A DNA stretch of 64,000 nt from an uncultured delta proteobacterium (GCA_963790475.1 CAWBOS010000011.1:224001-288000); one strand, 5' to 3'. Positions 51,065-61,675 are shown, counted from the stretch's first letter. Numbers and translations are program-made. The notes: generated by a model from the letters alone, not told the origin.

Positions 51065-51190
51065 CCATGGGGTCACCATTAAAAAGCCACCGTCTAGAGA
51101 AAAGGTTTTCCGTATACAAGAAGAAGCTTTTTTCTTGCAGTGCATAGGCATGATAGAACTGCCCAAGATTTCCAACGTCCTTACCTTTCG
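51065..51190 (+). repeat. Repeat B, copy 3
   Basis: Directly precedes repeat A copy 4. Confidence 0.7.
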
Positions 51191-51193
51191 TCA

Positions 51194-51615
51194 GATAGAA
51201 CGAGGCCGGTCCGAGTTTTGGATTTTAATGGATCTTGAGGAAAAAGAAATGCGGTCTTTATGGACGGCCGCCTGGCCGATGGAATTATGCAGGTCCGCCG
51301 GGGCCTGGTCCAGTTCAAGCCCGGCTATGACGGGGTTTACGGGCAGACAAAAATTTCCCGAAATGATGTCCTCCTGCCAAAACCTTCCTCCCAACTCACA
51401 CTTTCTTACCGCCATATTTACCAGAGCCTTTCACAAGCCTGGCATTCCCCGGAGGTCCTTTTTTCATGTAACAAATCCCGACCTCCATGTTCTTTCCCTG
51501 TGTAATGGTTTTCTCTGAACGATGAACGCTCAACGCCGAATGTCTTTTCCTTCTCCCTTGCCCCCCTTCCCCTCTTTTTTTTTGGTAAACTTTCCGGCCA
51601 TGGCCCGGTTTAGGA
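51194..51615 (+). repeat. Repeat A, copy 4 (longest; endoQ 3' end + tail)
   Basis: IERGRSEFWILMDLEEKEMRS / MDGRLADGIMQVRRGLVQFKPGYDGVYGQTKI...SSQLTL with a 1-nt indel. Confidence 0.9.
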
Positions 51616-51856
51616 TGGGTTAAGATTAAGATGGGGGAAAGCCCGTGGTCAGAAATCGATTTTTTCCTGTACTCGCCCAAATCCAATTTTAGATAAAATA
51701 GAATAGTTGAAACAGTAATCAAATCTTAAATACGCCTTTTCCCCCCACAAAATACTCTCCTGCCTGTATTTCATTATCAACTTAGTTAGCGTAAGTTGAA
51801 TGCTACCCTCACATATCGCCTTGGCATTTGCGGTATGATTCAGGAAGGAGTCAAAA

Positions 51857-52459
51857 ATGAATCCCCCAATTAAAATCCTCCACATTGACCAAGATTATAG
51901 AGTTATCTATTTTATTAAGTATCCTGGGAGCATAATCCGTTCCCCTATTTCACTCCAACAGGCCTTAGATCTCTTAAAAACCGAGGAATTCGATTTGATT
52001 CTTTCAGAACCGCATAATAAGGCGATCCTGAACCCTCAAGCTAGTTCTTTAACTGAGGACAATAAGATCCGCATCCTGATCGTCGATGACAATCCCATTC
52101 TCAGAGAGGGACTAAAGTCCGTTCTTTCCCATTCCCCGATTTTCGATATCGTTGGTCAAGCCGGCGATGGTCTTGAGGCCATTGATTCCGTTGAAAAATT
52201 TCACCCCGACCTGGTTTTGATGGATATAGCCATGCCCCGGATGGACGGTATAACTGCAACTAAGGAAATTAAGAAACAATGGCCGGAGACTAAAATCCTG
52301 GTTTTTAGCGTTCATAAATCTTCCGAATATCGGACAGCCGCTTTAAATGCCGGAGCTGATGGTTATATCAGCAAAGATTCTTTCTCAGTCGAATTGGTTC
52401 AATCCATCCAAGATATTCTTAATAAAAATCAAGAGTTCCATTCTAACATTATGAAATAG
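51857..52459 (+). CDS. Response regulator receiver protein (degenerate REC + NarL-type REC, no output domain)
   Basis: ILIVDD, PDLVLMDIAMP and GADGYISK; ends without an HTH. Confidence 0.8.
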   Translation: MNPPIKILHIDQDYRVIYFIKYPGSIIRSPISLQQALDLLKTEEFDLILSEPHNKAILNPQASSLTEDNKIRILIVDDNPILREGLKSVLSHSPIFDIVGQAGDGLEAIDSVEKFHPDLVLMDIAMPRMDGITATKEIKKQWPETKILVFSVHKSSEYRTAALNAGADGYISKDSFSVELVQSIQDILNKNQEFHSNIMK

Positions 52460-52893
52460 TCTGGTATAGATCCTTTCTTTTTTCTCGTTGCCGCTCTTTG
52501 GGCTTACTTAAATATTCCCTTAATCCGAAGGGAGCCATCCAGGCAGACTATCTTAGTTGAACTCGTAATCGATAAGATAAGCACATGCGTCAGATGAACA
52601 GTTGGTGAAGTCGATCACAATTTAAGTTAGGACCGTTTAGAGGAATTGGGCCTGTTTGGTTATTCCCGTCTTTGTCATGATAAATCAATTTTCCTGAGGA
52701 ATAAGGTAATGCCTCGATTTCTTCATTGGAAGCCGCTTTAATCTGTTTTTTTATCAAATGAACGGCATCAGCAATTTTTTTTGAAAATTCTTGAAATTCC
52801 CGGAAAACCTGTTTAACCTCTCTTTCAGTTGGCCCATAATAATACCCAAAATGGTATCCATGAAAGACATCCAATTATGACATACAGGGAACT

Positions 52894-53652
52894 ATGATCA
52901 TTAAGGAAATTCAAGCCAAGGCCATCCTTTCAAAATCCCAGGTCTATGACTATGCCTTGAACGCGTATGTGGGATGCGGGCATAACTGCAGCTACTGCTA
53001 TGCGCGGTTCATGAAGAGATTTACCGGGCACAGTGAACCATGGGGTGAGTTTGTGGATGTAAAAATGAATGCGGCGGAACTCTTAGCCCGGGAGGTCAAG
53101 AAAAAGAAAAAAGGAACCGTCTGGATAAGCGGGGTGTGTGACGCCTATCAACCCTTAGAAGGAAAGTATAGACTCACCAGGAGATGTCTTGAGATCCTCG
53201 TGGAGAACGGCTGGCCGGTTGTGATTCAGACAAAATCTCCATTGGTCCTGCGGGACATTGAGATATTGAAGAGGGCAACGGATAGTGAGGTCGGGTTCAC
53301 AATAACTACCGCTGATGAAAGGATGCGGAGGATCTTTGAACCGGGTGCCCCTCCGATAGAAAAACGCCTAAAGGCATTGGGGATCCTTCATGGAGAGGGA
53401 ATCAGGACTTATGTCATGATCGCCCCCATGCTTCCAGGGGCTGACAGGCTCGCTGAGATGCTGAAGGGAAAGGTGGACCATGCCCTGATTGACAGATATA
53501 ATTATCATTATGCCGACCGGGCCTATAAAAAATACGGAATGGAATGGGCCATGGATGAGGCCTTCTTTCAGGAAGAAGGTGAGGAATTGAGGGCCTCGTT
53601 TGAAAAGGCTGGGATATCCTGTTCGATTTCGGTCCCGGGCAACAACAAATAA
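52894..53652 (+). CDS. Radical SAM protein, spore photoproduct lyase-like family
   Basis: CGHNCSYCYA, D.YQPLE, IQTKS and FEP. Confidence 0.85.
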   Translation: MIIKEIQAKAILSKSQVYDYALNAYVGCGHNCSYCYARFMKRFTGHSEPWGEFVDVKMNAAELLAREVKKKKKGTVWISGVCDAYQPLEGKYRLTRRCLEILVENGWPVVIQTKSPLVLRDIEILKRATDSEVGFTITTADERMRRIFEPGAPPIEKRLKALGILHGEGIRTYVMIAPMLPGADRLAEMLKGKVDHALIDRYNYHYADRAYKKYGMEWAMDEAFFQEEGEELRASFEKAGISCSISVPGNNK

Positions 53653-54584
53653 ATGGAATGGGATAAAATTTTCACCTTATTCGGGGTTCTTCTTTTACTT
53701 CCAGGAATGGTCCAGGGAGGGACCTCTTTCCATCCCCTTTTTCAAGAAAGCGATGAGAAAAGGGGTTACTGGGTATATCTGCCCGACCGCCATCAGGGTT
53801 CCAATTTGTTGCCGGTGGTTTTGGTCCTTCACGGAGAGGAGATGGACGGTGAGTCTATGATCCGCCTCTGTAATCTCAATGAAAAGGCTGATGAAGCCGG
53901 CTTTTTGGCAGTCTATCCGAACGGCACAGGCCAGAAGGATAAGAAATTGACCTGGATGCAGGGCGGTGCTGCGGCTCGGCCCAATTCAACAATAGAGAGG
54001 ATGTTGCCTTTATCGAAAATGTCCTGGATAACGTGGAGGAACGTTATCCGGCGGACCGGTCAAGAATTTATGCGACCGGCATATCGAATGGGGCCATGAT
54101 GGCCTACCGGTTGGCAGCAGAAATTCCCTACCGCATTGCTGCTGTGGCGGCTGTAGCTGGAAGCCTTGAGGTGGGACCTTCCACCATTGAATGGCCTGTC
54201 CCGGTGTTGCACTTTCACGGTACGCGGGATGAGTTTGTCCACTTCGACGATGGACATGGAGGCCGATCCAAAACAAGAATCGGCATCAATTCGGCGATGG
54301 ACACCATACGGACCTGGGTCTGGGTTAACGGGGCTAATATAGAACCTGAAACAGCAGAATTGCCGGATCAAGCGGACGACGGCACCAGGGTGGTACGATA
54401 TATCTACCGGGCTCCTAAATCAGGAGCCGATGTTATTTTATATAAGATTCAAGGAGGAGGCCACACCTGGCCCGGCAGGCCGAGCGGGGAGATAATTCTT
54501 GGCCCCTCCACCCGGCAAATCTCAGCCAATGATCTAATCTGGGAGTTCTTTAAGAAACATAAATTAAATAATCCACACCCCTAG
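53653..54584 (+). CDS. PHB depolymerase/LpqC-like esterase, frameshifted near 53956
   Basis: VLVLHG, AVYPNG; adding one A restores WNAGRCCG; GISNG nucleophile, HGTRD and GGHTWPG. Confidence 0.8.
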
Positions 54585-54752
54585 GAGCCTGTCGGACTTA
54601 AATTTGTCCGGTTAAATTTTCGTTTAAAAAATCTATTAAAAATGTGCTCAAAAGACAAGATTTCTCTTGGCATAAGTTGGATTATATGATAAAATATAAA
54701 TTAATTCAATTAGTTAAATATATTCGACTTTAAAATTACGTAGAGAGAAAAT

Positions 54753-56107
54753 ATGAATCCTCCACGATTTAAGTGTTGTGACCGCGATACCCTATACCTG
54801 ATGCCTCCCTCTATTCATGATTGGCTACCACGAAATCACTTGGCCAGATTTATTGTGGAGGTGGTCACCAAACTTGACTTGAGGCCCATCGAAAACGCCT
54901 ACGACGGCCGGGGTTCCGAGGCTTATTCTCCGACCATGCTGGTGGCATTGTTGTTTTACGGTTATGCCACGGGCGTCTTCTCCAGCCGCAAACTGGAATT
55001 GGCCACCCATGAGTCGGTAGCTTTTCGTTATATTACGGCCAATCAACACCCGGATCATGACACGATAGCTGCCTTCCGCAAACGTTTTCTGGAAGAGTTA
55101 AAGCCTCTATTCGCCCAGATCCTGATGATTGCTCAAACAATGGGTATAGCCAAACTGGGCCAAGTGGCCTTAGACGGAACTAAGATCAAGGCCAATGCCT
55201 CCCAACATAAGGCCTTGAGTTGGGATCATGCCTGTAAACTGGAACAACAGATTCAGGCAGAAGTTGACTCGCTCTTACGTCAGGCCGAAGTAGCGGACCG
55301 GGAAGCGGTTCCCGAAGGGATGAGTATCCCGGAGGAACTTTCTCGAAGAGGGAAACGGCTTGAAACTATAGAACTGGCCAAGCGAGAGATTGAACGTCGA
55401 GCCGCTGAGCGTTATGCCAAAGAGCAAGAAGTCTACGACCAAAAGATGGCCGAACGTTATGCCAAGGAGCAAGAGGGTGGTAAGAAACCCCGAGGACGTG
55501 AACCTAAACCACCCGAGTCCGGCCCTAAAAAAACCGATCAAGTGAATCTGACCGATGAAGATTCCCGGATTATGCCCGCTGCCGGCGGGACCTTTGAACA
55601 AGCTTACAACGCCCAAGCCGGGGTGGATCTTTCAACCATGCTTATTGTCGAAAATCATGTTACCCAACACCCCAATGACAAGCAAGAAATCCAGACGACC
55701 TTGGAAAACCTGATTTCCCTACCAGACCAGTTAGGCACGGTGGACACCCTAGTGGCCGATTCAGGCTATTTTAGTGAGGCCAACCTGGATAAGTGCGCAG
55801 CCGAGCAGATTACCCCCTATATTGCTGTAAATCGTGAAAAACACAATATTCCCTTAGAAGAACGTTTCGCCCAGCCCGAACCTTTGCCGGAAGAGGCTGA
55901 TGTGCTTACCCGAATGAAGCATCGGCTAAAAACATCAGAGGGCAAAAAGATATACGCCCAGCGGAAGAGTACGGTTCGAACCGCTATTCGGCATTATCAA
56001 GGCCATTATGGGCTTTCGACAATTTTTCCTTCGCGGGTTAGAGATGGTCAGCGGCGAATGGAATTTAGTCTGTATGGCCTACAACTTAAAAAGAATGTAT
56101 GCCCTAG
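54753..56107 (+). CDS. IS1182 transposase (outer); +1 frameshift near 55975; last codons displaced to 57771-57781
   Basis: SSRKLE, PDHDTI, LDGTKIKANAS, YNAQ, ADSGY and AYNLKR. Confidence 0.88.
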
Positions 56108-57766
56108 GAGTCTGTCGGACTTAAATGTTTTATAGTCAAAATTTTATTTAAGAAGAGAAAAATCTCTTGGTTAAATCTAAGTTTTATGGTAGAATATAAA
56201 ACTAATTCAATAAGTTAAATTAACATTTTTTATAATTTTATGACCACACCAAGAGAGCCACATGAACCCTCCACGATTTAAGTGTTGTGACCGTGACACC
56301 CTATACCTTTTGCCTCCCTCTATCCACGATTGGCTTCCGGAAAATCATCTGGCCCGTTTTATTGTGGAGGTAGTAATCAAACTTGATTTAAGGCCTATTG
56401 AAAATGCGTACAATGGCCGGGGTTCCGATGCCTATTCTCCTGCTATGATGCTGGCCTTGCTTTTTTACGGTTATGCGACCGGGGTTTTCTCCAGCCGCAA
56501 ACTGGAATTGGCCACCTATGAGTCGGTAGCTTTTCGTTATATTACCGCCAACCAGCATCCGGATCATGACACCATTGCTGGTTTCCGGAAACGTTTTTTG
56601 GAGGAATTAAAGCCGCTATTCACCCAAATCCTGATGATTGCCCAAACTATGGGTATAGTCAAGTTGGGCCAGGTGGCTTTAGACGGAACCAAAATCAAAG
56701 CCAATGCCTCCAAACATAAGGCCTTGAGTTGGGATCATGCCTGTAAACTGGAACAACAGATCCGGGCCGAGGTCGATGCGCTCTTACGTCAGGCCGAAGC
56801 AGCGGAACGAGAAGAGATTCCTGACGGGATGAACATCCCGGAGGAATTGGGTCGAAGAGAAAAACGCCTTCAGACTATTGACCTGGCCAAGCAAGAGATC
56901 GAACGTCGCGCTGCGGAGCGTTATGCCAAAGAACAAGAAATCTACGACCAGAAGAGGGCCGCCCGTAAAGCCAAAGAGCAAGAAAGTGGTAAAAAACCCA
57001 AGGGACGTAAACCTGAACCACCCGAGCCCGGTCCTAAAAAAAACGACCAAATGAATCTAACCGATGAAGACTCCCGGATTATGCCTGCTGCCGGAGGAAC
57101 CTTTGAACAAGCTTACAACGCTCAAGCCGGCGTGGATCTGAATACCATGCTCATCGTAGAAAATCATGTCACTCAACAACCCAATGACAAGCAAGAAATT
57201 GAAAATACCTTGGGAAATCTGACTTCCTTACCAAACCAGTTAGGCACGGTTGACACATTAGTAGCCGACTCAGGCTATTTTAGCGAAACCAATCTGAATA
57301 AGTGTGAAGCCGAGCAGATCACCCCCTATATTGCTGTAAATCGTGAAGAACACAATATTCCCTTAGAAGAACGTTTTGCCCGGCCTGAACCTTTACCGGA
57401 AGATGCTGATGTGCTGACCCGAATGAAGCATCGGCTAAAAACACCCGAGGGCAAAAAGATATACGCCCAGCGGAAAAGCACGGTCGAACCGGTATTTGGC
57501 ATCATCAAGGCCATCATGGGCTTTCGACAATTTTTCCTTCGAGGGTTAACAGCGGTCAGTGGTGAATGGAACTTAGTCTGCATGGCCTACAATTTAAAAA
57601 GAATGCATATCTTAGCCCATTAATAATAATGACCGAGCAATTGCAAGGAAAAATTGTCGAAAAAAGCTTGATATCTTTATTGTTGAACTAAAAACCCCTT
57701 TGATCCTCTAAGAAAAAATCCGATCCCTTTTGTATAATAATTATGAGTTTCAAGACCGACAAACTC
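56108..57766 (+). mobile_element. IS1182-family element (inner, apparently intact)
   Basis: IRL gagtctgtcggactt and IRR aagaccgacaaactc; CTAG at 56104-56107 and 57767-57770. Confidence 0.9.
56262..57623 (+). CDS. IS1182 transposase (inner)
   Basis: Same motifs plus intact RKSTVEPVFG. Confidence 0.92.
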   Translation: MNPPRFKCCDRDTLYLLPPSIHDWLPENHLARFIVEVVIKLDLRPIENAYNGRGSDAYSPAMMLALLFYGYATGVFSSRKLELATYESVAFRYITANQHPDHDTIAGFRKRFLEELKPLFTQILMIAQTMGIVKLGQVALDGTKIKANASKHKALSWDHACKLEQQIRAEVDALLRQAEAAEREEIPDGMNIPEELGRREKRLQTIDLAKQEIERRAAERYAKEQEIYDQKRAARKAKEQESGKKPKGRKPEPPEPGPKKNDQMNLTDEDSRIMPAAGGTFEQAYNAQAGVDLNTMLIVENHVTQQPNDKQEIENTLGNLTSLPNQLGTVDTLVADSGYFSETNLNKCEAEQITPYIAVNREEHNIPLEERFARPEPLPEDADVLTRMKHRLKTPEGKKIYAQRKSTVEPVFGIIKAIMGFRQFFLRGLTAVSGEWNLVCMAYNLKRMHILAH

Positions 57767-57926
57767 CTAGCTGCCAAATAAAAAAATCCACAAAGAAAAA
57801 TTACAAAAAAAGGCCTTATTCTATTATCTTGAACTTACTATAACCCTTTGGAGTCCTCAAAATAAAATCGGACCTCTTGGGAGACAATATCTTTAGCTCA
57901 AGATCGACAGGCTCCTAGTCCGGTTT

Positions 57927-58511
57927 TTATTTTACAGTATAACCCCGGCCTTCGAGGCAGGCACCCATGGCCCGCCGGAAATCAAGCTCCCTTTGTACCA
58001 ATTGGGAGTAGCGGGCCTGATCCATCCGGGCATAGGCCTCTTCCTGTCTTCGGGCTTCCTCTTGTCTGGCCGTATCCGAGACAGCCCCGGCAACGGCTCC
58101 TCCGGCCGCTCCGATCAAGGCCCCACCGGCCGCATGTCTCCCGCCCAGGATAGCTCCCAGTACCGCTCCGACCACGGCGAAGGCGGCTGTGTCATGGCCT
58201 GGCGGAGGTAAAGGTACCACCCTGACCCGTTGCTCCGGCGGAAGAGGCGAAAGACTTGGATCAAAACCGGTCTCCTTGATGGCCCAGTTATAGCATTCGT
58301 AATGGTCCCGCGATTGTTGTTCGACGGTTTGACCCTTTTGGGGATAAAAATAGACCTGAGGGAGGGATGGTCGAGGGGGCCCGGCCACAGGTTGTGAAAC
58401 CACCAATTCCTGCCTAGGATAACAGGCAACCAACCCGAAAAGGGTTAAAAGAAACAAAAGCCCAAGACTGACCCTGGCCGATTTATTCAAATTTTGTTCT
58501 GGAATTTTCAT
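57927..58511 (-). CDS. Glycine-zipper lipoprotein
   Basis: Lipobox LVAC, YP.KGQ..EQQ..D..EC, GA..GA zipper and ACLEGRGY. Confidence 0.8.
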   Translation of the reverse strand: MKIPEQNLNKSARVSLGLLFLLTLFGLVACYPRQELVVSQPVAGPPRPSLPQVYFYPQKGQTVEQQSRDHYECYNWAIKETGFDPSLSPLPPEQRVRVVPLPPPGHDTAAFAVVGAVLGAILGGRHAAGGALIGAAGGAVAGAVSDTARQEEARRQEEAYARMDQARYSQLVQRELDFRRAMGACLEGRGYTVK

Positions 58512-59094
58512 TTTCTTTCTCCTTAATCAGTAAACCTGCTAAATTTTACCTCTAATTACGAATACTCCGGTTGTCAATCGTGGGCTTATAATTTTATTAA
58601 AATTTTATCATAGCTGTCAAATGAAAGGCAAAAAGCACCAGTAATAGCCAGGCGAGTGGAAATAAACTAATGAGAATCACTTTTTTCATAGCAAATCCTT
58701 TGTCTTCAACGCTGTACTCTTCCTGCTGAATGCCCAGCTACAGCCTTAGGGGGTTTAGTTTTCGATACCGGTTGCCAAGGGTATAATAGTGTCGAATTTA
58801 ATACCCTGACCGAAAGAGACTCATTTGAAAAAATATTTCGATTTAGGCATTCTGGACCTCCTGTCTACCGATCTGCAGTTAAAGGGCCGCTTTTTTCTCT
58901 TTTCCCGGGGAGAGGCTGGTATTCTCTTCGGTTGATAAAATTATCAAAAACCTTTCAATCAAATTATCTCAAAGAAATTTGATTTTCTAAGAGCTCCCAT
59001 TCACTTGAAAGAGGCTCTGTCGGCATCCACTGTATTTCCTCTCCCCGGAACAAAGGATCGTACTCTACTCACAACAGCTCTAGTGAAAGCCAAC

Positions 59095-59541
59095 CTACAT
59101 CCTACTGGCCATATGAATATGCGCCCGGTGCCACATCTCCGGCCCCCACATCCCAACCTGGGCGGCCTGGTCCGGGGTGAGATAACCCCTGGCTGCCAGC
59201 CGAAAGTCGATGAATTTCATTTGTAATTGGGTTCTTAAATCGTTAAGCTCTTTTTGCTTGGCTATGATCTTGTCTTTTTCCGGTTTCGGGACAGTCCAAA
59301 GGGTTTTAAGCTCCAGCCTTTTAACTTTAATGTTGTTGCGTAGAAAAACCGTGTCCTTATGGAAATTATCCCGCAAAGTCTGGAGCTGGGTTTTTTGTTC
59401 CGGAGTGAGATTCAACAGGTTATGATGAAAGTCCTTAAAACCTTCTCTTGGACCTCCATCTCCCGGAGTCATGGCATAAACGCTGCCGGTCATTAAAAGT
59501 AAAGCGAATAAAAACGCCAAAGTCTTAGTTGAACTGATCAT
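59095..59541 (-). CDS. Spy/CpxP-family periplasmic chaperone
   Basis: Signal peptide; LNLTPEQ and LTPDQ motifs. Confidence 0.8.
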   Translation of the reverse strand: MISSTKTLAFLFALLLMTGSVYAMTPGDGGPREGFKDFHHNLLNLTPEQKTQLQTLRDNFHKDTVFLRNNIKVKRLELKTLWTVPKPEKDKIIAKQKELNDLRTQLQMKFIDFRLAARGYLTPDQAAQVGMWGPEMWHRAHIHMASRM

Positions 59542-59910
59542 TTTTTCCTTCCTTTCGTAATTTTTTTGATAAAGTTAAGACAAATTCTAAAAGACCGCCT
59601 AATATCCTTGTTGCTTATTACCTCCCCCCTTTCGCTTTTTTCTTTGTCTCTCCAAGGACTTTTCTTGAAGAGGCCGATCTAAATGGTCCGGATAGCCAAG
59701 TTAGACCAAAGGATTTTTCTTAAGTTAAAAATAAAAAAATCCTTTCGATCAGACAATTATCTATTAGTCCTTTTGCCTCACTGAATGGTTAATAAAATAT
59801 TTAACCTTGAAGAAATACTCCGGTTTGCCGGAAAACAATCTCCCCCTTAAAATAAAAGGGAGGACAATCTAAGCATGCGATAAAAAGAATCCCCTAATGA
59901 AATCGAACCC

Positions 59911-60240
59911 ATGCCTCGGCTAAGAAAGAATAAACCTTTTGAAGAAGATATCTGCAGGCATCTTTTTTCGGTATCCGCCGCCATGGTCGGTGTATGCCTG
60001 ACGGTGATCGGCTTTATCCCCATTGCTATCTCCGCCCAGCAGATCGACACCTTGGCCGACGATCTTCTTTCTGTAGTGGCCCTTTTCTTTATCTGTTCAT
60101 GCCTTTGTGCTTATTACGTTTTGCGGATGCGCAGTATTCGCCGAATTCATTGCCTGGAACGAATTGCCGATGGGTTCTTCATCCTGGGTTTGATTTTGAT
60201 GGTCGATGTTTGCGGTATTATTGGCTGGGCTATTATTTAA
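59911..60240 (+). CDS. Small three-TM membrane protein
   Basis: HLFSVSAAMVGVCLTVIG and ADDLL; hydrophobic. Confidence 0.6.
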   Translation: MPRLRKNKPFEEDICRHLFSVSAAMVGVCLTVIGFIPIAISAQQIDTLADDLLSVVALFFICSCLCAYYVLRMRSIRRIHCLERIADGFFILGLILMVDVCGIIGWAII

Positions 60241-60388
60241 CGAAAATAGAAGTTTTACTAAAAATAAGGAAGGACCTTTTGGACCCCCCCTCCGTACCTA
60301 TTGCTTTACGGTGAGGTGCTTACATGATTTAAAATTATTCTTTCTGTGAATCTAAGTCATCTTAAAGGTTTGTGGCGATTTCTATCGG

Positions 60389-61675
60389 TCATTCTAAAAT
60401 GATCTCTTTTTTAATGTATATCGGGCGCACTATTTTCCGTATCGAGTCAAGCTTTTTCGCAAAGAGGAGTGCGCCCGCTATACATGCGGTTCCGCCGAAA
60501 ATGAGGGTTGCCGGTGCGCCCAGACTGCTGGCCATCGAACCGGCCAATAGGCTGCCGAAGGGGGTCATGCCCCTAATGGCCATGGTATAAAAACTCATCA
60601 CGCGTCCTCGTTTATCATCCTCGACGATAGTCTGTATGACCGTATTGGAGGAGGCCATTTGGACCATCATCCCGAACCCGGTCAGAACCATCAAACCCAA
60701 AGAGAGCCATATAAGACGGGACAGGGAGAAGGCAATGAGTCCTATCCCAAAGATACTTGAAGCCATGACAATGATCCTCCCTAAGCCCAAGACACTTTTT
60801 CTCGAAGCCAGATAAATGGCACCGGCCAAGGCTCCGAGGCCCGAACATCCTACAAGAAAACCAAGGGTATGAGATCCCCCATGGAGGATATCTTTGGCAA
60901 AAACGGGCATGAGGATTGAGTAGGGCATTCCCATCAGGCTGACCAAAGCCAAAAGCAACAGCAAAGAACGGATGGGAATAAATCCAAAGGCATAAGAAAA
61001 CCCATCCTTCAACCCCTGCCACACCTGGGTGGTTTGATTCTTTCTTTGGAGGGGAGCAATTTTCATGGCCAACAGCGATGCGATAACCGCAAGATAACTC
61101 AGGCCATTGATAAGAAAACACATCCCCTCACCGACGACTCCAATCAATAGGCCGGCTATGGCGGGTCCAAATAATCGAGCGCTGTTTACCAGAGAGGAGT
61201 TCAGGGCGATGGCATTGCCCAAATCCTCCCTTTTTTCCACCATTTCAAGCACAAAAGACTGCCGTATCGGCATGTCAAAGGCATTAACCAATCCAAGAGC
61301 GGCTGAGAGAATCATGATCTGGATTACATCGATCAGGCCTTCAAGGGTGAGGAAGGCTAATAGCAAGGCCTGGACCATGGCCAGTATTTGAGTAATCACC
61401 AGTGCCCGTCGAAGAGGCCACCGGTCGGCCAAAACCCCGGCCAACGGAGCTAACAGAAAGGTGGAGATGGACCCCATAAATCCGACCAGGCCCAGCATAA
61501 AGGGTGAATGGGACAAATGATACACCAGCCAGCTCATGGCGATTTGCTGCATCCAGGTCCCGATAAGAGAGATCCCTTGTCCGCCGAAAAAAAGGCGGTA
61601 ATTGCGATGTGACAAGGCCCTGAAGGTTCCCTTCAACCTACCGGGATTATATAGACGAACTTTTCTGGATATCAT
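60389..61675 (-). CDS. MFS transporter (DHA3-like)
   Basis: RNYRLFF.GQ.IS..GTWMQ, GVLADR and RGRVMS. Confidence 0.88.
   Translation of the reverse strand: MISRKVRLYNPGRLKGTFRALSHRNYRLFFGGQGISLIGTWMQQIAMSWLVYHLSHSPFMLGLVGFMGSISTFLLAPLAGVLADRWPLRRALVITQILAMVQALLLAFLTLEGLIDVIQIMILSAALGLVNAFDMPIRQSFVLEMVEKREDLGNAIALNSSLVNSARLFGPAIAGLLIGVVGEGMCFLINGLSYLAVIASLLAMKIAPLQRKNQTTQVWQGLKDGFSYAFGFIPIRSLLLLLALVSLMGMPYSILMPVFAKDILHGGSHTLGFLVGCSGLGALAGAIYLASRKSVLGLGRIIVMASSIFGIGLIAFSLSRLIWLSLGLMVLTGFGMMVQMASSNTVIQTIVEDDKRGRVMSFYTMAIRGMTPFGSLLAGSMASSLGAPATLIFGGTACIAGALLFAKKLDSIRKIVRPIYIKKEIILE

Larger units (their letters stand above)
54585..57914 (+). mobile_element. IS1182-family element (outer), interrupted by a second IS1182
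   Basis: IRL gagcctgtcggactt and IRR aagatcgacaggctc, flanked by CTAG at 54581-54584 and 57915-57918. Confidence 0.88.

Noticed and set aside
18402-51615. Repeat A as DGR template/variable repeats
   Set aside because: Differences are not confined to adenines and no reverse transcriptase is present
42735-51722. Minus-strand ORFs across the repeat A tail (42735-43139, 48210-48449, 51396-51722) sharing LSVHR
   Set aside because: Frames diverge by indels between copies and are low-complexity purine runs; treated as non-coding
52590-52874. 94-aa minus-strand ORF divergent from the radical SAM gene
   Set aside because: No recognisable motif or SD, and its start is only about 20 nt from the divergent gene; possibly a fragment
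58620-58790. c-di-GMP-I riboswitch
   Set aside because: Only scattered GGCAAA and GGTTGCC words; the GAAA tetraloop stem and receptor are missing
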